A DNA stretch of 64,000 bases from assembly GCA_951406725.2 (NCBI GenBank), contig OX597825.1:8122001-8186000 (forward strand), given 5' to 3'. Shown here piece after piece: positions 13,497 through 26,655 of the stretch (within the stretch, counting starts at the first letter, position 1; every line of letters begins with the position of its first letter). The notes under the pieces are model-generated. The model was not told the origin of the DNA. It did not search any database and saw only the letters and a list, made by a program, of their open reading frames with translations. This DNA is from Octopus vulgaris (Eukaryota). Made by a program: the position numbers and the translations under genes.

Positions 13497-13530
<34 letters not shown>

Positions 13531-13951
13531 TGTGTATGTGTTCGTGTGTATTCTCACAGTTTCATTTTTCTCATTTGGTATTTGACACCGTGTCTGTCCT
13601 GACTTCAACAGTTTACAACATTGTTATTCTTTGCTGATGGCGATTCGTAGCTAGTGAATACAAGTCAATGTCAGTATGTAGCAGCGTGTATCAGACGGCC
13701 CACTCACAAGTTGTCAGCTCAAATGTTACACACACGCGCCTTATTGCGATTCTGTGGAACAAAAGATTTTACTATACATTATTTCTGAATCTAAAGCTTC
13801 GTAATATAACTCCAATTTTCCTTTATGAACACACAGACACACTCAAATATATATGATATGCGATACTCACTCCTACACACGTTTACATAAAACATACAAC
13901 ATAAACCTTAATCTATGTATGCGTGTTGATCTTTGTGTCGGTGTGGGCGAG

Positions 13952-14015
<64 letters not shown>

Positions 14016-14665
14016 CAAGCAATGATTGATGTAACAACATGAAATGTAAAATGTAAAGATATTGTTAAAAGGAACAGTACGGACTTCACTAGATTCATAA
14101 ACAGAAGCTGTGTAGAACTGACAGATCAGAACAAACTAAAGGAAAACGCTGTAGGTGATACGAAACGTGTTATGGCTGGAATATAAGCAAATGTCACACA
14201 CAGAGATTTGCCTTGAATAGGTGGAAGACTGATTTGATTATAATATGTATGAAATGTAGGACAAATTCGACACACATTCTAAGAAATTGTGTCTTGAAAA
14301 GGGTTGAAAATGCAATAATGAAAGGATTTGAGAAATCAAATGTAGCGATGTCAATCCTACATATCTTTCTGCCTATTTCGACGAGAGTGCAACTTTGCCA
14401 AAAGAGAATAACCTATAATAAGATTTCAAATATGTGGTAAACACGAATTTGTAAACGTAAAAGTTCACAGGGGCATTTTCTTACATACTGATAGATTGCT
14501 CCTTTATACTAACGGTTTAAATATCCAAGAAACTATGAAAAGAAATGCAATAGTCTCAAGAAAAGGGTTAGAAATTTTTTAAATGGCTGAATGTTTGGTT
14601 CAAAAAGGAATGATTATATGAGTTGTGAATCGAGGAGGTGGTTGTAGTTCGTAGCAGAAGCATAA

Positions 14666-14896
14666 GGCGGAGAGCTGGAAGAATCGTTAGCACGCCGGGC
14701 GAAATGCTTAGCTGTATTTTGTCTGCCGTTACGTTCTGAGTTCAAATTCCGCCGAGGTCGACTTTGCCTTTCATCCTTTCGGGGTCGATAATTTAAGTAG
14801 CAGTTACGCACTGGGGTCGATGTAATCAGCTTAATCCATTTGTCTGTCCTTGTTTTTCCCTTCTATGTTTAGCTCCTTGTGGGCAATAAAGAAATA
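14666..14896 (+). mobile_element. SINE family A, full length
   Basis: Full head-core-tail match to other family A copies. Confidence 0.92.
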
Positions 14897-14959
14897 AGAA
14901 ATATAATTTCCTATAAAGGAATGATAAATCGTGAAAATGTCCCGGATACAGACTGAACT

Positions 14960-15310
14960 GAAGCGCACAAAAGGCCGTATGTTTAAAACGCTCACTTGGT
15001 TTTCGATTCAGTCCAAGTGCGCAGCACTTTGGAGAAGTGTCACGGACCGAGTAATGCTTTGTAACTGAATGTCGCTGGCGGGAACTGTGTGGAGCCTATT
15101 TTTAACACATGCACACACACCCATATAGACGCGCGCGTACACACACACACATATGTATGTGTGAGTTGGTGATTGTATGTGTCTGTACTTAAGTGGTTCG
15201 ACAAACGACTCCGTTATATTACAACCGTCGTCGTTGTGCTAGTTGCAACTCCTTAGAGCGATTCCCCTTCGTGGCGGCAATCTAATGTCTAAAACAATTA
15301 AACAATGTAT
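14960..15310 (+). mobile_element. Old degraded SINE family B copy
   Basis: gattcagtccaagtgcgcagcactttggagaagtgtc...ggaactgtgtggagcc...cttaagtggttcgacaaa. Confidence 0.5.
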
Positions 15311-15885
15311 GATGTAAAAACAGGTTGAGTCCTCTCTCTAAATACCAGTGGCCTTGTTTCCGCTATTCTCTCACTTGGAGCCCCGAGTATGGTTTCGAGA
15401 ATGAATTGCAAGGCAACAGTTTAGAAATACTTCAATGTATTCAGTGCCTTTACTATTGCAAAGTGTTTATAGATGTCACATAGTGTTTAGGTAATGCTTT
15501 GGCTACTTTAAAATACAATTGAATGCCGAGTAAGAGAGATAGAGATAGAGAAAGAGGGGACCCATAAGTGTTCAATCTGGTAGAAAAACGAGCCAAATAT
15601 TCAGGAAATCCTACTCGAAGATCTTAACTAAAAGGTGGTTCATTTTTATTATACAGTATTGAAGTCAGTTTCTGAAATAAATGCGAAACTGCTACGGCTT
15701 GAATGCCTCTGTGTTTGCCCATTCAGGATAGATGTAGAGCTATTCAACACTAACGATCTCCACAATTTTAGTTTTCATTCTCAGTTATATAGTAACTATT
15801 TAAATTAGTATTCGCAACATTTTCGTGGTCATTTACAGCATAGATGTAACGCAACGTAATATTCACGACAAATTAAAAAGAAATA

Positions 15886-16722
15886 CGTGGTGTTCGGGCT
15901 AAATTTGATATTTGTTTTCAGAAACTGTTTCGTATGTTGGTGAACATTGAATTGCGTTGGGGCGTATAAAGATTAAATTTGTACTTGAGAAATTTAGCTG
16001 ATATGGAGGACTGGAAGCCACATGAATACAGGAAAACATTTAACTGTACCATGATAATACGCACCGGGTATCAAAAGGTTGACAGCATGACTGCGGTTCA
16101 AAGCTTTGTGGATATAGTAAAGTCTTTAAGACGTGACATCCACAGCTGCAACAGAGACTACGGAAGTAACGCAGCAGGTGTTGTGAATGCTGCCGCAAGC
16201 TGGTTTTAGTTCTTGGGACATTCAGCTCAATTTAGATGTACCTGTAATGCTGCTGAAGAATGTGGTCAATCTCTGGCTGGAGAGGGTTTCTGCTGGAAGG
16301 CCATATGCGGGGATTTAGCTCATTACCATATCCCCGGAAAGAGTCAAACTTGGCTGCTTACTATGCTTCGGAAGATTTCTACGACTTTTTCTACGGTCCA
16401 AATTCTGGTCTTTGTAACTCCTCTACTTGTAATTCCTTGGATTACTACGTGTGGGATGCAGTTGATACCAACCACTCTGCCTTTAAAACCAAGGACGAGC
16501 TGGTGAGCAAGATCAAGATGTTCAAAGATCTTCCTAATGAATCAGACAAGAATGCAGGCACCAGGTTCTGGAGCCATTTTGAAGCCATGGTGTACGCTGA
16601 GAGCGGCTACGTTGAGTAAACTGTTATCTCCAAACTGTAATATGGGATTTTTGAATAACTTTTCCGATGGAACATTGTTTCCTTTTCCTGTTACGCAACT
16701 ATCAAATTTAGTCATAACACTG
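15886..16722 (+). mobile_element. Internally deleted Tc1/mariner element (maT/DD37D-like), decayed
   Basis: ORF 16260-16619 ends NSLDYYVWDAV..TKDELVSKIK..FEAMVYAESGYVE (cf. NPLDYxVW...LEAVVxAxGG); TIR cores ctaaatttgata (15899) and tatcaaatttag (16700); TA at both ends. Confidence 0.8.
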
Positions 16723-17535
16723 TACATCTTTAGAAGATTAAGAATAATAACTGAGGTTATTTATATCCATTCCAGTCCCACCAACTTATTAAGACACTTT
16801 GTTGAAGAAATATAACATTTGGAATATTTATTGGTTGCTTCAAGCTCGTGAATACAAATGCGCTGCGATCAGACTAATAATTCACTGTTGCAGCGGTTTC
16901 AAATATAGTAATATAAACAGTTCAAAGTTAATCCAACAAACAATACTCCGCTGTGTTTAAAATCATCTCCGCTCATTACTTGCTATTATTTGATTCATCA
17001 ATCTTTTATTCTCTGTATGCAGTTGTGTTCATACTGACTGCTTTAATTTCAGATATACTTCAGAAATATGATACAACACCAGAGCAGGTGGGGGCAGAAA
17101 GATTGATTTCACAAAATGATAAATTCTTTATGTAGACGATGTGTGTCTGGGTCTACAAATATCTTCCATTTCCAATAAATGAAAGCTACAATAGCAATCT
17201 CCCATACATCAAAATTTGGTTGAAAACCTAGCTGTTGGTCATAATATACCATTAAACAGCATACTTAATATGAATAGTACTAATTAGCTTCGATATTCAC
17301 GTAGCATCTCATCGAATCACAGTAATACATTAAAGACAAGACTTTTTGTTGAAGTACAATGTTGTATAAGCGCTCACAATGTTACTCATACGCGCGTGCG
17401 CACACACACGTACGCACGTACACATACAAACACACATGCACATAGGCGAATGCGCACAAACATGTATATATAGGTTTGGTGGAACAAACTGCGAGAATAG
17501 AAATTCATACCAGAGAATATACACACACGCGTATA

Positions 17536-17729
17536 TTGGTTTCAAATTTTGGCACAAGGGCAGCAACTTCAAGCTGGGAATAAACCAATTACATCGACTC
17601 CACTGTTAAACTGGTACATATTTTATCGGTCGCGATAGGATGAAAGCAAAGTCGACTTCGACGGAATGTCAACTCAGGATGCTAAGACCGACAAAATGCC
17701 GCAAACAACTTTACCCGTCGTGCTAATGT
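17536..17729 (-). mobile_element. Older SINE family A subfamily with alternative tail
   Basis: Family A core plus tail ttttggcacaagggcagcaa. Confidence 0.75.
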
Positions 17730-17884
17730 AGGCGTCATTAAGGGCTGGTATTATCCAAGGAAATACTTGTTCAATAGCTAATATTTTGGGGGAAAGTTAA
17801 CACCCATGAAAGAAAATAATAGTTTTATATTTAAAACATGGTTTATAATCGTGCAAATGAAGAATAAGAAAATGGAGTTATATA

Positions 17885-18116
17885 TATTTCTTTACTGCCC
17901 ACAAGGGGCGAAACATAGAGGGGACAAACAAGGACAGACAAAGGGATTAAGTCGATTACGTCGACCCCAGTGCGTAACTGGTGCTTAATTTATCGACCCC
18001 GAAAGGATGAAAGGCAAAGTCGATCTCGGCGGAATTTGAACTCAGAACGTAACGACAGACGAAATATTGCAAAGCATTTCGCCCGGCGTGCTAACGTTTC
18101 TGCCAGCTCGCTGCCT
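17885..18116 (-). mobile_element. SINE family A, full length
   Basis: Full match; atggagttatata repeated on both flanks. Confidence 0.92.
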
Positions 18117-18612
18117 TATATAAGTTATATATGGAGTTATATAAGTGAATAAGCGTTTATTGTTTACTGATAATAAACTCTTATTAACTTAAATAATCTC
18201 TATTTTCTTATTCTTCATTTACGTGAAGAAACATCTACGGAAATGCCAAACCCGGGAATTCACGGTACACAGCAGAACAGGGGCAACCGTAGAATCTCTG
18301 AGACCATCCTCATACATCAAAGGAAACCAAGTTCCAACAACAGAAGAGAGTTACAGGAAGCTAGCTGGTTGCTATAAGAACATCTTTCCGCGCATGTCCA
18401 CTCCACGTACGCTCACACACACGCTCTCACATACACGTACATCGGCAACATTCATCAAATTCTTGAAAATGGGGTTATAACCCCGAAATATTGAATGAAA
18501 AGTGAGTCTACAATAATTCATATATTTGTTTTCTTGGGATTTGCCTTGCATTTACTTCGCATTGTTCGGGCCTTATCCACGATCCTTTAAACAATATACA
18601 TATATATATGTA

Positions 18613-18654
<42 letters not shown>

Positions 18655-18685
18655 TGAGTATAATTTACATAAAAAAAAAAAGAAA

Positions 18686-19075
18686 ACAGGTATATGCGTG
18701 GCGGTATGATAAGAAGCTTGCTTCCCAACCATACTGCGTGTCACATTGGCCAAGTGTCTTCTACTATAGCCTCGGGCCGACAATAGTCTTGAGTGGATAT
18801 GGTTGATGGAAACTGAAAGAAGTCCGACATATATAAAGAAGGAATATGTGTGTGCGCGTGTATCTTCGTTTCTGTGTTTGTCCCACCACCACTGCTTGAG
18901 AAGCGGTGCTGGTGTGTTTACGTCCCCGTAGCCTTTCGATTCACCCAAAGAGACCGATAGAAGAAGCGTCAGGCTTTAAAAAATAAGCACTGGGGTCGAT
19001 ATATTCGACTAAGAATTCTTAAGGGCGTTGCCCCAGCATGGCCATAGTCTGATGACTGAAGTAACAGGTAAAAGA
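18686..19075 (+). mobile_element. SINE family B, near full length
   Basis: Head, core, internal TG tract and 3' tail all present; short deletion in the head. Confidence 0.85.
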
Positions 19076-19452
19076 TATATACTTATGAAGTCGAGAGGGA
19101 GAAAGAGAGAGAGAGAGGGGGAGAGGGGCATAGATAGATTAGATAAGCCCATTGTTTGATTGATACGTAGATGTGAAGCTATGAATATTTACGTGGCTGG
19201 GAACTTCTCTTTGCTCATATGTAATGTCTGTGGGATGAAATCGCTGCGTATGTTTGTGGTGCAAGCACGTTTTCGTACCTATCTATGTGAAAGAGGGATA
19301 GAAACAGAGATGGGGGAGAGGGAGAGATAGAGAGAGAGAGAGAGAAATAGGGAAAGAAAGGGTGACGGGTAGGGGAGAGAGAGAGGAATGGGGGGACATT
19401 ATGACTACAGAATGACAAGAATTATCACTGATATTACGGATATACGGACATA

Positions 19453-19859
19453 GGCGCAGGAGTGGCTGTGTGGTAAGTAGCTTGCTTACCAACCACATGG
19501 TTCCAGGTTCAGTCCCACTGCGTGGCATCTTGGGCAAGTATCTTCTACTATAGCCTCGGGCCAACCAAAGCCTTGTGAGTGGATTTGGTAGACGGAAACT
19601 GAAAGAAGCCCGTCGTATATATGTATGTATATATATGTGTGTGTGTGTATGTTTGTGTCTGTGTTTGTCCCCCTAGCATTGCTTGACAACCGATGCTGGT
19701 GTGTTTACGTCCCCGTCACTTAGCGGTTCGGCAAAAGAGACCGATAGAATAAGTACTGGGCTTACAAGGAGTGGGTCCCGGGGTCGATTTGCTCGACTGA
19801 AGCCGGTGCTCCTGCATGGCCGCAGTCAAATGACTGAAACAAATAAAAGAGAAAAAAAA
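19453..19859 (+). mobile_element. SINE family B, full length
   Basis: A/B boxes; perfect 11-bp TSD atacggacata at 19442-19452 and 19860-19870. Confidence 0.95.
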
Positions 19860-20482
19860 ATACGGACATATGTTTGCTATGTTTTATATAAAGCAGAAGC
19901 TTTCATTTGTCACTACAGAGTTTGCTGCGATGTTTTCATTTGAAATATCACTTACATTTATCCAATTAGCTTATCATAAGAAAGAAAAAAAAACACGAGT
20001 AACGTTTATAAGAAATGCAATGAAATAAAATGAAATATAATTTTAATAAATTGATTGTTTAAAAATGAAAAAAAATATATCTGTCAAATTTTCGTATTTT
20101 CACCTTTTAAAAACACTCTGCGATTGATAGAATGGTTAGATAGACTGCTTAATAGGAATCGACTCGAGTGTCTCCGTTCTCTCAAATGATTACGAATCCA
20201 GCTTTTGCTTACGTTTTTGATGACTTAAAGGGATTTGCGATCAAACATTGGGATTGTTTCCCCTTTTATTCTATCTCTTCATATTTGTTGGCCTATCTAC
20301 CAATCTGTCTTTTACTCTTCCTCTCTCCCTTTCACCTCGCTCTCTCTCTCTTTCTCTCATCAATCGATTGTTCTCAGGTGTGGGAAAGGACAGACTCCAC
20401 CAGATCGAAAATATTTTCACAACGCTGCCATTATATCTCAGGTATGAAGCCTAATATCTACGGCTCTCTTTACATCTATATA

Positions 20483-20730
20483 GTGGTTTCGATTCCCAGA
20501 CCGGGCTGTGTGCTGTGTTCTTTATTTCTTGATTCCTTGCCGCTCCAGTTCTTTCAGGTGTACAAATGAGTTGCGACGTCACTGGTGCCAAGCTGTATCA
20601 GCCTTTGCCTTGGATAACAATGGTGTGGCGTGAAGAGGGAAGGTTGGTATGCATGTGTGCCTGCTGGTCTTCCATAAACAACCTTGTCCAGACTTGTGCC
20701 TTGGATCAATCCCATGAAGGGTGTCCTTAC
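20483..20730 (+). mobile_element. SINE family D
   Basis: B box ggtttcgattccc; body matches 1-150 and 35853-36135. Confidence 0.8.
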
Positions 20731-20738
20731 CATTACTA

Positions 20739-20739
<1 letters not shown>

Positions 20740-20827
<88 letters not shown>

Positions 20828-20830
20828 CTC

Positions 20831-20902
<72 letters not shown>
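20740..20902 (+). repeat. (TATC)n followed by (TA)n
   Basis: Direct reading. Confidence 0.95.
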
Positions 20903-20910
<8 letters not shown>

Positions 20911-20934
20911 TAATTATATGTTAATGTTATGGCG

Positions 20935-21005
20935 CGGTTACTGATGAGAATTCCGCCTGGCAAATTATTGTAGTTGCTAAAAGTTTTGAAACCTATGTAT
21001 AACCG
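20935..21005 (+). ncRNA. Type I hammerhead ribozyme motif, near intact, at the 5' end of a Penelope-like terminal element (~20930-21150)
   Basis: Stem I cggtta (20935-40) / taaccg (21000-05); core CTGATGA (20941-47); long imperfect stem II; GAAA (20988-91); stem III AC-ctat-GT; GTA cleavage triplet. Confidence 0.75.
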
Positions 21006-21145
21006 TAAAAAAACAACAGGGTAAAAGTTTCTATTTTTCATTCCCTTCGAAATTACTCTTAAACGTGGTTTAGGTTGCTTTGACTGCTCCTTCTAGCGTG
21101 TAAAATTACCCGTTAAAGGTAATTTCTCTTGTGTCTAAATGTACA

Positions 21146-21200
<55 letters not shown>

Positions 21201-21323
21201 AGAGAGAGAGAGAGAGAGAGAGATAGTTAGAAAATCAGAAAAAGACATAGAGTAGTAACGTATACTAAGCAGTAAAGCGAGTCATCACATCAAAGTGGTA
21301 GTTGAATGTTATAACTAGTTTAA

Positions 21324-21443
21324 CCCCAGGTACATTCTCCACCTGCTGGTTTTCGGTACAGCACTCTGCACCGTTTATAGCGACATCTATATTATATTCA
21401 GAGCGTTGCACCGAAAACAAACTGGCGGAGAATCTGTCTGGGG
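21324..21443. mobile_element. piggyBac-like MITE / hairpin
   Basis: ~45-bp inverted arms starting CCCC and ending GGGG, flanked by TTAA and TTAG; 30-nt spacer. Confidence 0.65.
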
Positions 21444-21930
21444 TTAGTGCTGAACTCGGAACCGTGCGGTGGGGAGGCACTTTTTAATACCATACGACTA
21501 CGTATGGCAACTATTACGATTAACCTTCATGCTACAATATAAAAAAAAAACATATGTAAGTCCCAATGTTTGTTACTAACAAAAAGAGAACTATACAAAA
21601 GTTACATCACAATATAGATTTTGTAAGACTATGATAGAGTTTATATATATATATATATATATATATACATACATATATATATGTGTGTGTGTGTGTGTGT
21701 GTTTGTGTGTATATGTAAATATATATATATATATATACATATATACGTGTGTGTGTTTGCAATTTTATGTATATATTTATATCGGTATATATATATATGA
21801 ATATAATGGAGGTATAATTGGTGCAGTTATCCACTTTATACAGCTCAAACAATTAGTCGTCATAATTTTATATATATATATATAAATATATGTGTATATA
21901 TGTGTGTGTAAGTGTGGGAATATGTAAGTG

Positions 21931-21963
<33 letters not shown>

Positions 21964-22824
21964 CACTGTTCTCTCTTTATATATGTATATATATATATAT
22001 TTGTGTGTGTTTGTGAGTATATATACATATGTGTGTGTGTGTGTGTGTGTGTCTGTGTGTGTGTGTGTGTGTATGTATCTGTGTGTATCAGTATTAGCTC
22101 TTGCTATACTGAAACTTTCAACTATATATTAAATTGATGTCTAACCAGATTTAAAGTTATAAAAATATTCAAATTAACTTAAATTGAGTAGTGGAAGTCA
22201 TAAGAGTAATACAAATTTATATTACTTTTCAGATTAAAAGATAACTTACAGTATTACATATATTAGGAAGAAAAAGAAGCTAATAACATTTCCGAATAAA
22301 ATAAAACTATAAGGCCTGGGGCACTAAGTATGTTCAATAAATATACGTAGCTTTTTCCTTTTATTTTTTGCTAGGAGAATAACTGAAAAACCAAAAAACA
22401 AAAGACAAAATGAAACAAAACGAATTGGTAAAATTTATCTATTTAATATACTTCAAAGCACTCAAATAACATTTTGGTTAGTCATGTTCTAGAATTATTT
22501 AATGATACACCAGAAAATATTTAAATGCACATAAAAACAAATGACTCTATATAGTTATGAATGTTAAATAAAAGATTAAAATTTACACCGATTTAAAAAA
22601 ATAAAGAACAGTTATTTCGATTGACGGTTTAACTTTGTGTATTGTTGAATAGATGTGATCAGTTAATATTAACAAAATTTTATGGTTAGTACTGATAAAA
22701 CTGAGGGAGGTGATGTAATTAACTGTAAGGAATTACTGGCAATAGAGAAAAATACATAAAAAGGTCAAAGGAACTAGTTTATGTCATATTTTGTGATGAA
22801 ATTTTTTTTTTTAAATGGTACTCT

Positions 22825-23115
22825 GTTGGTGATGATGCCGAGGGTTACAATTGATCCGATCAACAAAACAGCCTGCTTGTGAAATTAGCCAGCAAGTGGC
22901 TGAACATTCAGCAAACACGATTACATTAATCGCAGTTCGCGGAGAGATTCTGCGTGACACAGAACGTGACAAGGATGGCCCTTTAAGTTAGAAGCAACAC
23001 GAGGAGCAACTTGGAAAAATCATTTGTCCAGGGACAAAAATCGCCGCCGGGTACCGACTTCATGATCTTACGGTCTTGAGCCGAATACCTTAACCACTAA
23101 GACATATGCCTCCAC
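22825..23115 (-). mobile_element. SINE with family C tail and D-like head, degraded
   Basis: Tail matches 37760-37935; the head region resembles 56690-56788 rather than family C. Confidence 0.65.
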
Positions 23116-23127
23116 ATTGACTTCTGG

Positions 23128-23400
23128 AAGGCAATGGCATCAGGTCCTACGTCGGGCTGGCGAAAGCGGAGAGGTAGTCAGTTGAAGACGTAGATCACAA
23201 CAGCCAAAGCAGATATGAAGCCCGTTGCCAGCCCACGTGACTTTGGTGTTCGTCCCTGGAACCACAAATGGCTTCAACACGCAGCAGAATCGGCCGCCGA
23301 CCGACTTGCATGGAGGGCTTTGACTCGTGTAACTGAATAAGAACTGGCTTAACCCTTCCCGAGTGAATGCCGCTACAAGACGAGAAAAAGACAACACCTT
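23128..23400 (+). pseudogene. RTE-clade LINE 3' fragment
   Basis: Translates GPTSGWRKRRGSQLKT*ITTAKADM...WLQHAAESAADRLAWRALTR, the RTE C-terminal RxRGGQxKTW / AxDRxxWR pattern. Confidence 0.8.
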
Positions 23401-23979
23401 CACCTTTCAGGTAAAGCGCTGGTAACCAACAATTTGTTACTTAACAATTTTGCAATCGTAGCTAAGCGTGGATTTGCAAGTATGGATGTGTACATATATA
23501 AGCACGTACATATAAGTCTATGTATATTTAGTTACGTACCAGGATGTAGATATATGTATTAATATATACTTTTAAACACGTATTCACACACACACACACA
23601 CACACATACACACACACAAATACACACTAACACCTATAGACGCGTGCGCTCACGTGCCATACGCATACAGACGCGCTCACATACATATAAGGAAGAAGTA
23701 TGATAAAGAGAAGAAGCAGTTTGCATCATTGCTTTCCTACCTGCCATTTTCCATTGTCGGTATCTGCATCCTCTGTCGTGGGTATTCCAAGTGCATTTGG
23801 ATGCTGAATCACAGCAGTTCATCTGGGGAACACTTAATTGCATTAAGTTAACACACATCAAATGTTTGAAGTTGGACAGATGGCAACCCTTAGACTACTT
23901 ATGTTGAAAGGAAAATATAGAGCAAAAGAAAAAGCGACATGGTAGGAAAAAAACCCATAGAAATAAGAGACAGAGAGAC

Positions 23980-24043
<64 letters not shown>

Positions 24044-24048
24044 TGATT

Positions 24049-24133
<85 letters not shown>

Positions 24134-24205
24134 GTAGATAGATAGATAGATAAATGGATGGATGGATGGATGGATGGATGGATGGATGGATCGATCGATA
24201 GATAG
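23980..24205 (+). repeat. (GATA)n then (GGAT)n
   Basis: Direct reading. Confidence 0.95.
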
Positions 24206-24324
24206 ACAGAGAGCAGAGAGAAAGAATAGGAAAAAGAGAACGGAAAACAAGACATAAACTGCGGTTTTATTGAAAATTAGGTGTACTCAAAATAATGAAA
24301 GAGAGAGAAAATGTGACGAAAAAA

Positions 24325-24499
24325 TGTGGCCATGCTGGGGCACCACCTTGTTGTCGAACAAATCGACCCCAGGACTTGTTCTTTGTAAGTGTGGTACATA
24401 TTCTATCGGTGTTTTGTCGAACCACTAGGTCAGGCGGATGTAAACACACCAAAATCGGTTGTCAAGCGATGGTGGGGGGACAACCACAGACACACATGG

Positions 24500-24545
<46 letters not shown>
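24325..24545 (-). mobile_element. SINE family B, 3' half
   Basis: tggccatgctggggcacc...gtcgaacaaatcgaccccaggac...ttgtcaagcgatggtgggggga. Confidence 0.85.
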
Positions 24546-24552
<7 letters not shown>

Positions 24553-24637
24553 CACGCACATACACACATATAGATCTCTACAAGTCTTTTTCATTTTCTC
24601 TCTGTTTATTTTGCCTTATTCCTTTCTGGTTAAGAGC

Positions 24638-24969
24638 GTAGGCAACTGGTAGTTAATTTATCGTTCCCCGAAAGAATGAAAGACAAAGTCGACCAGGGCG
24701 GAATTTGAACGCAGGTCATAAAGACAGACAACATACCTATTTCTTTACTACCCACAAGGGGCTAAACCCAGAGGGGACAAACAAGGACAGACAAACGAAT
24801 TAAGTCGATTATATCGACCCCAGTGCGTAACTGGTACTTATTTAAGCGACCCCGAAAGGATGAAAGGCAAAGTCGACCTCGGCGTAATTTGAACTCAAAA
24901 CGTAAAGACAGACAAAATAGCGCTAAGCATTCCTCCCGGCCTGCTAACGATTCTACCAGCTCCCCGCCT
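24638..24969 (-). mobile_element. SINE family A dimer (full copy 24733-24969 plus partial copy 24638-24732)
   Basis: Junction on the minus strand aaataggtatgttgtctg, the same position as in the 4512-4922 dimer. Confidence 0.9.
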
Positions 24970-25282
24970 TAAGGATAACGGAATATTGCAATTTGTTACT
25001 AGTGCCCAGGATTAAAATTCAAAATCCAGCAAAACCATTATCAGAAAGAGCAGTATTGTAAAAAGCTAAAAATGTTAGATTTCGTATATGATTATGCGAT
25101 TCCAATGCTGTCAATGATAATGCATGTTATTTCTCTGAATAAGTAACTAGAATATTACATGATTTTTATATTGATATATACAAATACCTAAAGCAAAATC
25201 AATCTATCGTGCTATAGTATAGCTACGCATGCGTACATAGATACACACATGCATACACACATATACACACACATACAAACAC

Positions 25283-25317
<35 letters not shown>

Positions 25318-25901
25318 CAATATATATTATATATATATATATGTATATACAATACATATTATATACATATATATATGTATATACAATAATATTATATATG
25401 TACATATATATGTAAATATATATGTATTTTATATATATATATTTATGTATATATATATAATATATATATATATATGTATATACATACACACATACATAAA
25501 TATATATATATATATATATATGTATATACATACACACATACATAAATATATATATATGTATGTATGTATATATTGCCCACGGGATCCCGTTCAGTACTAA
25601 ATGAGAAACTGTAAAATAAGCATGTATTATTCATGCTGGTGATAGAAATGCATGCAATTTATTTAATGCGGAAGTGAAAGTGATGCGCTTTTCTAATGAC
25701 ACTTTATTAAATATCCGTTCCACATTTATTGCGTCTTGCAACAACTTTTTTAAAGATCCCTATTAAATTCGTTTTCTTGCTTAATAAAAACCTCATTTTG
25801 CCATGAAATTTAATTTCCTATTCTTATATCTTTATCCTTATCATCATTATTATCATTTTGACGATTATTATTATTAGACAAGAAGCTTGCGTTGTGTCAA
25901 A

Positions 25902-25902
<1 letters not shown>

Positions 25903-25986
<84 letters not shown>
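25903..25986 (-). repeat. (TAA)n microsatellite abutting a LINE 3' end
   Basis: (TTA)n on the plus strand. Confidence 0.95.
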
Positions 25987-26430
25987 TTATTGTTTTTGCA
26001 CAGTTTCTAACGTTGTAGCTGTACTACAGTGCCAGCTCTTCACTACCAGTAAACTAACGTAGCACCACTTACTTTCCGACCGGAGTATTCGAGCAGTTCC
26101 CAGTAACGTTGTTTCATGCAAGTGCTCCGCCCTTATTGCAGCCCCTATTTGTTTCCGTGCACTGCTCAAAATTTTTATTCACTTTTCCCAGGGCTCCGAC
26201 AATCATTGCTACTACTACCTCCTTTTTTCAGCGGCCACAGCTCCTTAACCAGCCATGTTAACCTGTTAAAACTATCGACTTTCCTTTCTTCCTTATCGCA
26301 TACATTTTGTCAGCTGGACATGCTATATGTATGATCCAGCAGCGTTTGCTTTCTTAATCAATTTACTCTATGTCTGGCTTCATATTCTCTATCTCATGGT
26401 CATACTGAATCATAAAATCCCATAGTCACA
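25987..26430 (-). mobile_element. R4/Dong-like non-LTR retrotransposon 3' end (restriction-like endonuclease remnant)
   Basis: Minus-strand peptides resembling WDFMIQ..DH, KRCWIIHIACP, IVGALG and HLHETTLLGTARILR match the RLE C-terminus of the R4/Dong clade. Confidence 0.8.
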
Positions 26431-26577
26431 CTGGATCATAAATTTCATAGTTTACAACCGCAAACGTCTAGAATGCAAAACTTACATGTGCATGCAAAGT
26501 AGAGCAAGTAGAACATACCTTTTTTCAGATTTGAATTTAGCAGGCTAAAAGCAGTAAGAATTAGTAAAAAAAATCTT

Positions 26578-26655
26578 ATGCAACTGAGATTTCGAAAGAA
26601 TTTATTGTCCTGTGTAATATAGGAGATAAGGACACACTCTGCATCTTCAGTACTG
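26578..26655 (-). ncRNA. Degenerate hammerhead-like motif
   Basis: Minus strand CTGAAGA, long stem (tgtcct/aggaca), then cGAAAtctcaGTT. Confidence 0.4.

Noticed and set aside
19453-19525. tRNA-like A/B boxes
   Set aside because: This is a SINE head continuing into core and tail with a TSD; it is not a tRNA gene. The same applies to all family A-D heads.
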